Positions 48,111-50,552 of a DNA stretch of 50,552 bases are shown here, piece by piece. Numbering within the stretch: position 1 is the first letter of the stretch; each line of letters begins with the position of its first letter. The notes below the pieces were generated by a model, which was given only the letters and a program-made list of their open reading frames with translations, searched no databases and was not told the DNA's origin. Source of the DNA: Candidatus Caenarcanales bacterium (GTDB lineage: Bacteria; Cyanobacteriota; Vampirovibrionia; LMEP-6097). The translations under genes and the position numbers were made by a program. Location: the NCBI GenBank assembly GCA_947459525.1, contig CANHDW010000002.1, positions 1 through 50,552 on the forward strand, in the 5' to 3' direction.

Positions 48111-48928
48111 TTAATCGTAAAGTCACCGCTCCAGCATATTCTATAGACTAGATTAGTAGCAAGCTCACTTGCTATATCCATGATATTTTCACGAACATCT
48201 TGACTCAGTAAGGCTTCCAGCCCTAAATTACCGAGAGAATCACGATCTTCTTGAACATAATCTATAAATTCCTCTCTCTTCTCTTCACTTAAATTTAAAG
48301 CAGCAGCATCTTTAATATAAATAGTCGTCAGCTGATGCTCTGCACTTAATTTCTTTAGATAATTAAAAATCTGAATATTGATCTCTACTAAATGCCCAAG
48401 CTGATAATTCAACAAGGCATTCATGCCGATTAAGGTTTGTACTGGATTAAGAATAGTTAAAACTAGCGTTTTTTCACTATCGATTTCCTCTATACTCAGA
48501 CTCTGTTCAGGTAGCTGGTTTAAATTCGCTTGATAATATAACTGTTCTCTTTCTATGACCTCTAAACGATTTTCAACAGTTAGCCTATATTCTTCAACGA
48601 AATCCAGAAGCTCATCTGGTTCGTCTAAATTATCAATAATAAAAGCTTTTAATTCAGAGCCTTTGAGTTTAAGCTTCTTAAATTCAGCAATAACTTTCTC
48701 TACATCTAGAATAGATGGGGCTAACTGAATTACCTTAAAGAAACTAGAAAAATAATCAGATACCTTATCGGTAATGATTTTACCGAAAGGTTTACAGGAT
48801 TCTTTTATCTCCGTGCAGGTCTTTAAATATTGAGCGTTTAAGTCCTCGACTAAAGCTGACTTTTCTTCTTCTAAAAGAGATTTTTGGAATATTTCGATTA
48901 AGGTTTCCTCATCCATGTCTTTACTCAC
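48104..48928 (-). CDS. Hypothetical acidic protein
   Basis: 274-aa ORF, Glu/Leu-rich, with no recognised motif. Its stop codon lies in the repeat tail. Confidence 0.5.
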   Translation of the reverse strand: MSKDMDEETLIEIFQKSLLEEEKSALVEDLNAQYLKTCTEIKESCKPFGKIITDKVSDYFSSFFKVIQLAPSILDVEKVIAEFKKLKLKGSELKAFIIDNLDEPDELLDFVEEYRLTVENRLEVIEREQLYYQANLNQLPEQSLSIEEIDSEKTLVLTILNPVQTLIGMNALLNYQLGHLVEINIQIFNYLKKLSAEHQLTTIYIKDAAALNLSEEKREEFIDYVQEDRDSLGNLGLEALLSQDVRENIMDIASELATNLVYRICWSGDFTIKS

Positions 48929-49014
48929 TAAGCCTTTAATAGATTTTTACAAATCACTAAAAATACACAACATCTTTCATTATAAGCTCATATCAAAAGG
49001 TGGTGAAAAAGTGA

Positions 49015-49944
49015 TTAAGAAATTATTTTATGAACTCTAAAGTAATTGGCTCCAGCTTCATAACAGAGTTCATTATATCTTTGCGTTAATAAATCCAAAT
49101 CCATATTACGCTCTGCAAGAGTGCTATTACTTTCACACTGCTCACGAACTCCATTTTCTGCGTTTAAAGCAGCGCCTAAAAAAGACTTACGACTAGCTCC
49201 TATAAGTATTTCAGGATTAAACTCCCGAGACCGCCACATGATTTTATTTTCTGCATTTTTAAGTTTCGGCAAAATCTCAATTAAATCATAGCTGTGATTA
49301 TAATTTTTACCAAAACCTAATCCTGGATCAAGAATTACCCTAGCTAAGTCAATACCATAATTTTCACATAAATCTAAAAATCGAGAAAAAAAATCTATTA
49401 AATGCATTTCAAAAGCGGCTTTCTCATTTTTAGCCTGAGGATAATCACTTAAATAGTAATCTTCTGGAACCTCTAAAGCCTTTAAACTTGGTGGCACACC
49501 ACCTTTCGAGTGCATCGCTATAAGTTTAATCTTCTGTTCTTTATCATACTTAGAAATAAGCTCAAGCTTACGCTCATCAGTAAAGCCTTCTACATCATTT
49601 AAAAAAGATATTTTTTCCTTAAAGAAAGGCTCTAATAGTAAGGCTTCCATGATTTCATATTTGCGAGTATCTATAGATAAAGGGAAATCATATTTACTAC
49701 AAAAAATTTTTAAAAAATTTTCCAAACGCTGATATTCTTCAATCGCTGATACAGGCTCCGCATCAGGGCGAGTAGATTCTGCCCCTACATCTAAAGCGTA
49801 AGCTCCACTTTCCATAAGCTTCTCTGCTTTATCTAAAAGCCAGCCAAGATCACAAAAATCCTTAGAACCATCTGAAAATGAGTCTGGAGTTATATTTAAT
49901 ATCGCTAAATACTTAGCACTTTTCATATTTCCAAATCTAGGCAC
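49015..49944 (-). CDS. folP: Dihydropteroate synthase
   Basis: ILNITPDSFSDGS, DVGAESTRP, DPGLGFGK, GASRKSF and RVHKI. The likely true start is the ATG at 49926 (MKSAKYLAILN...). Confidence 0.92.
   Translation of the reverse strand: MPRFGNMKSAKYLAILNITPDSFSDGSKDFCDLGWLLDKAEKLMESGAYALDVGAESTRPDAEPVSAIEEYQRLENFLKIFCSKYDFPLSIDTRKYEIMEALLLEPFFKEKISFLNDVEGFTDERKLELISKYDKEQKIKLIAMHSKGGVPPSLKALEVPEDYYLSDYPQAKNEKAAFEMHLIDFFSRFLDLCENYGIDLARVILDPGLGFGKNYNHSYDLIEILPKLKNAENKIMWRSREFNPEILIGASRKSFLGAALNAENGVREQCESNSTLAERNMDLDLLTQRYNELCYEAGANYFRVHKIIS
49145..49165 (+). repeat. Short in-frame copy of the repeat head inside folP
   Basis: CGAACTCCATTTTCTGCGTTT versus the consensus CGAAACTCCAATTTCTGCGTTT. It encodes NAENGV in the same frame as the argS and murG copies. 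Confidence 0.45.
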
Positions 49945-50016
49945 GGTTACCGAACTCCGATTTCTGCGTTAGTGCCATCTCTGGGGACTGCTTACAATCT
50001 TCAATTTCTGCGTTTT
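49945..50016 (+). repeat. Two tandem head fragments of the repeat between folP and the next gene
   Basis: GGTTACCGAACTCCGATTTCTGCGTT (49945-49970) and GGGGACTGCTTACAATCTTCAATTTCTGCGTTTTTT (49983-50016). Confidence 0.7.
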
Positions 50017-50201
50017 TTATAGCCACCTAAAAAAAAGAATAGCACTGCTGTAAAGAAACTTATGGGATGCTTTTTAATAAAAGTTAATATATTGGAACCA
50101 AGTTCAGATATATTATGCTTAGTGCTGCGAATATAGATGAGTTCTCTTAATTGCTTAAGATTACCATTTTTATCATCATCTTCAAAGATAGGATTATACA
50201 T
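50001..50201 (-). CDS. Small membrane protein (hypothetical)
   Basis: 66 aa with a C-terminal TM segment HPISFFTAVLFFFLGG. The stop codon lies inside the repeat head. Confidence 0.35.
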   Translation of the reverse strand: MYNPIFEDDDKNGNLKQLRELIYIRSTKHNISELGSNILTFIKKHPISFFTAVLFFFLGGYKKRRN

Positions 50202-50339
50202 AGCTTATATATTTTTTTGCCACTTTTATTAAAATTTAAAACAAAATCTGATTACCCATTAGCTTAAGCTTTTTGAAATTGGATCTTGTTTGTCATACCC
50301 CAATGATGCCTTACATAGGTAAGCGTGGCTAGCACTTAA

Positions 50340-50552
50340 GCTGTTTTTTGGGCATCTTCATCGGTAATCAAAAATGCTAATGAATCCAATGCTGCAAATA
50401 TTCTTCCGAATGTTGCTTTTGACGGTGTTCCATTGGACAGGCTTACTTCTGCATGGTATTTATCACACTTTTAGAATGATTTTGCCCTCGGTAAGACCAC
50501 TTATAAGCGAGCTCTGGCATTATTCAAAATTCATCTATTTTCAATAATGCGC
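50340..50552 (-). pseudogene. ISAs1-family transposase N-terminal fragment; frameshifted, runs off the right window edge
   Basis: Minus-strand frames give ...SSLISGLTEGK... and ...KYHAEVSLSNGTPSKATFGRIFAALDSLAF... These resemble the ISAs1 N-terminal block (...L.GA..W..I..FG......L......NGIPSHDTFGRVF..LDP..F). Stops and frame changes interrupt it, and no DDE part follows. Confidence 0.4.

Noticed and set aside
47931-48146. 71-aa plus-strand ORF inside the long repeat copy
   Set aside because: It is composed of repeat core and the 84-nt insert and runs antisense into the neighbouring gene. The other copies do not conserve the frame.

Overview
This is an AT-rich, gene-dense bacterial chromosomal segment. 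About 45 genes are mostly housekeeping: thyX, pnp, rpsO, hemN, murA, glyA, mgtA, efp-accB-rnc-argB, recF, rsmG, pyrC, argS, glmU, murG, gyrB, proS, fabH and folP. There is also one stand-alone 5S rRNA and one tRNA-Asp(GUC). The gene content includes an OstA/LptD-like outer-membrane protein, MlaE, a chloroplast/cyanobacterial-type ATP synthase a subunit, efp-accB linkage and a group-3 sigma factor. This suggests a diderm, possibly a non-photosynthetic cyanobacteria-related lineage (low-confidence inference). Both window edges carry decayed IS fragments: IS30-like on the left and ISAs1-like on the right. I found no CRISPR array, prophage or canonical defence operon. The main finding is a dispersed, structured repeat family with the core CTCCAATTTCTGCGTTTTCG...CCTCATGA...CTGCGGTCATTCGTCCTCCTC..CCTTGAACTTGT.CGTTT, present at about 10 loci. 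Full-length copies (about 120-240 bp) fill the spacers between convergent genes. They have terminal arms that differ in sequence between copies but stay complementary. One copy has a paralogous empty site. Shorter copies sit in frame inside three essential genes (argS, murG, folP), always in the same orientation and frame, encoding GENAE[I/N]G[V/I]. Other observations are listed here. Two tRNA-Asp-derived tRNA-like hairpin units lie next to the tRNA gene. A small accessory islet between mgtA and tRNA-Asp holds an unknown 294-aa protein with an Rx4H motif and two tiny membrane proteins. An orphan ATP synthase a-subunit sits in a thyX-linked transporter operon whose three membrane proteins all carry His-rich segments. 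An ApaG/YccV-like fusion protein is also present.
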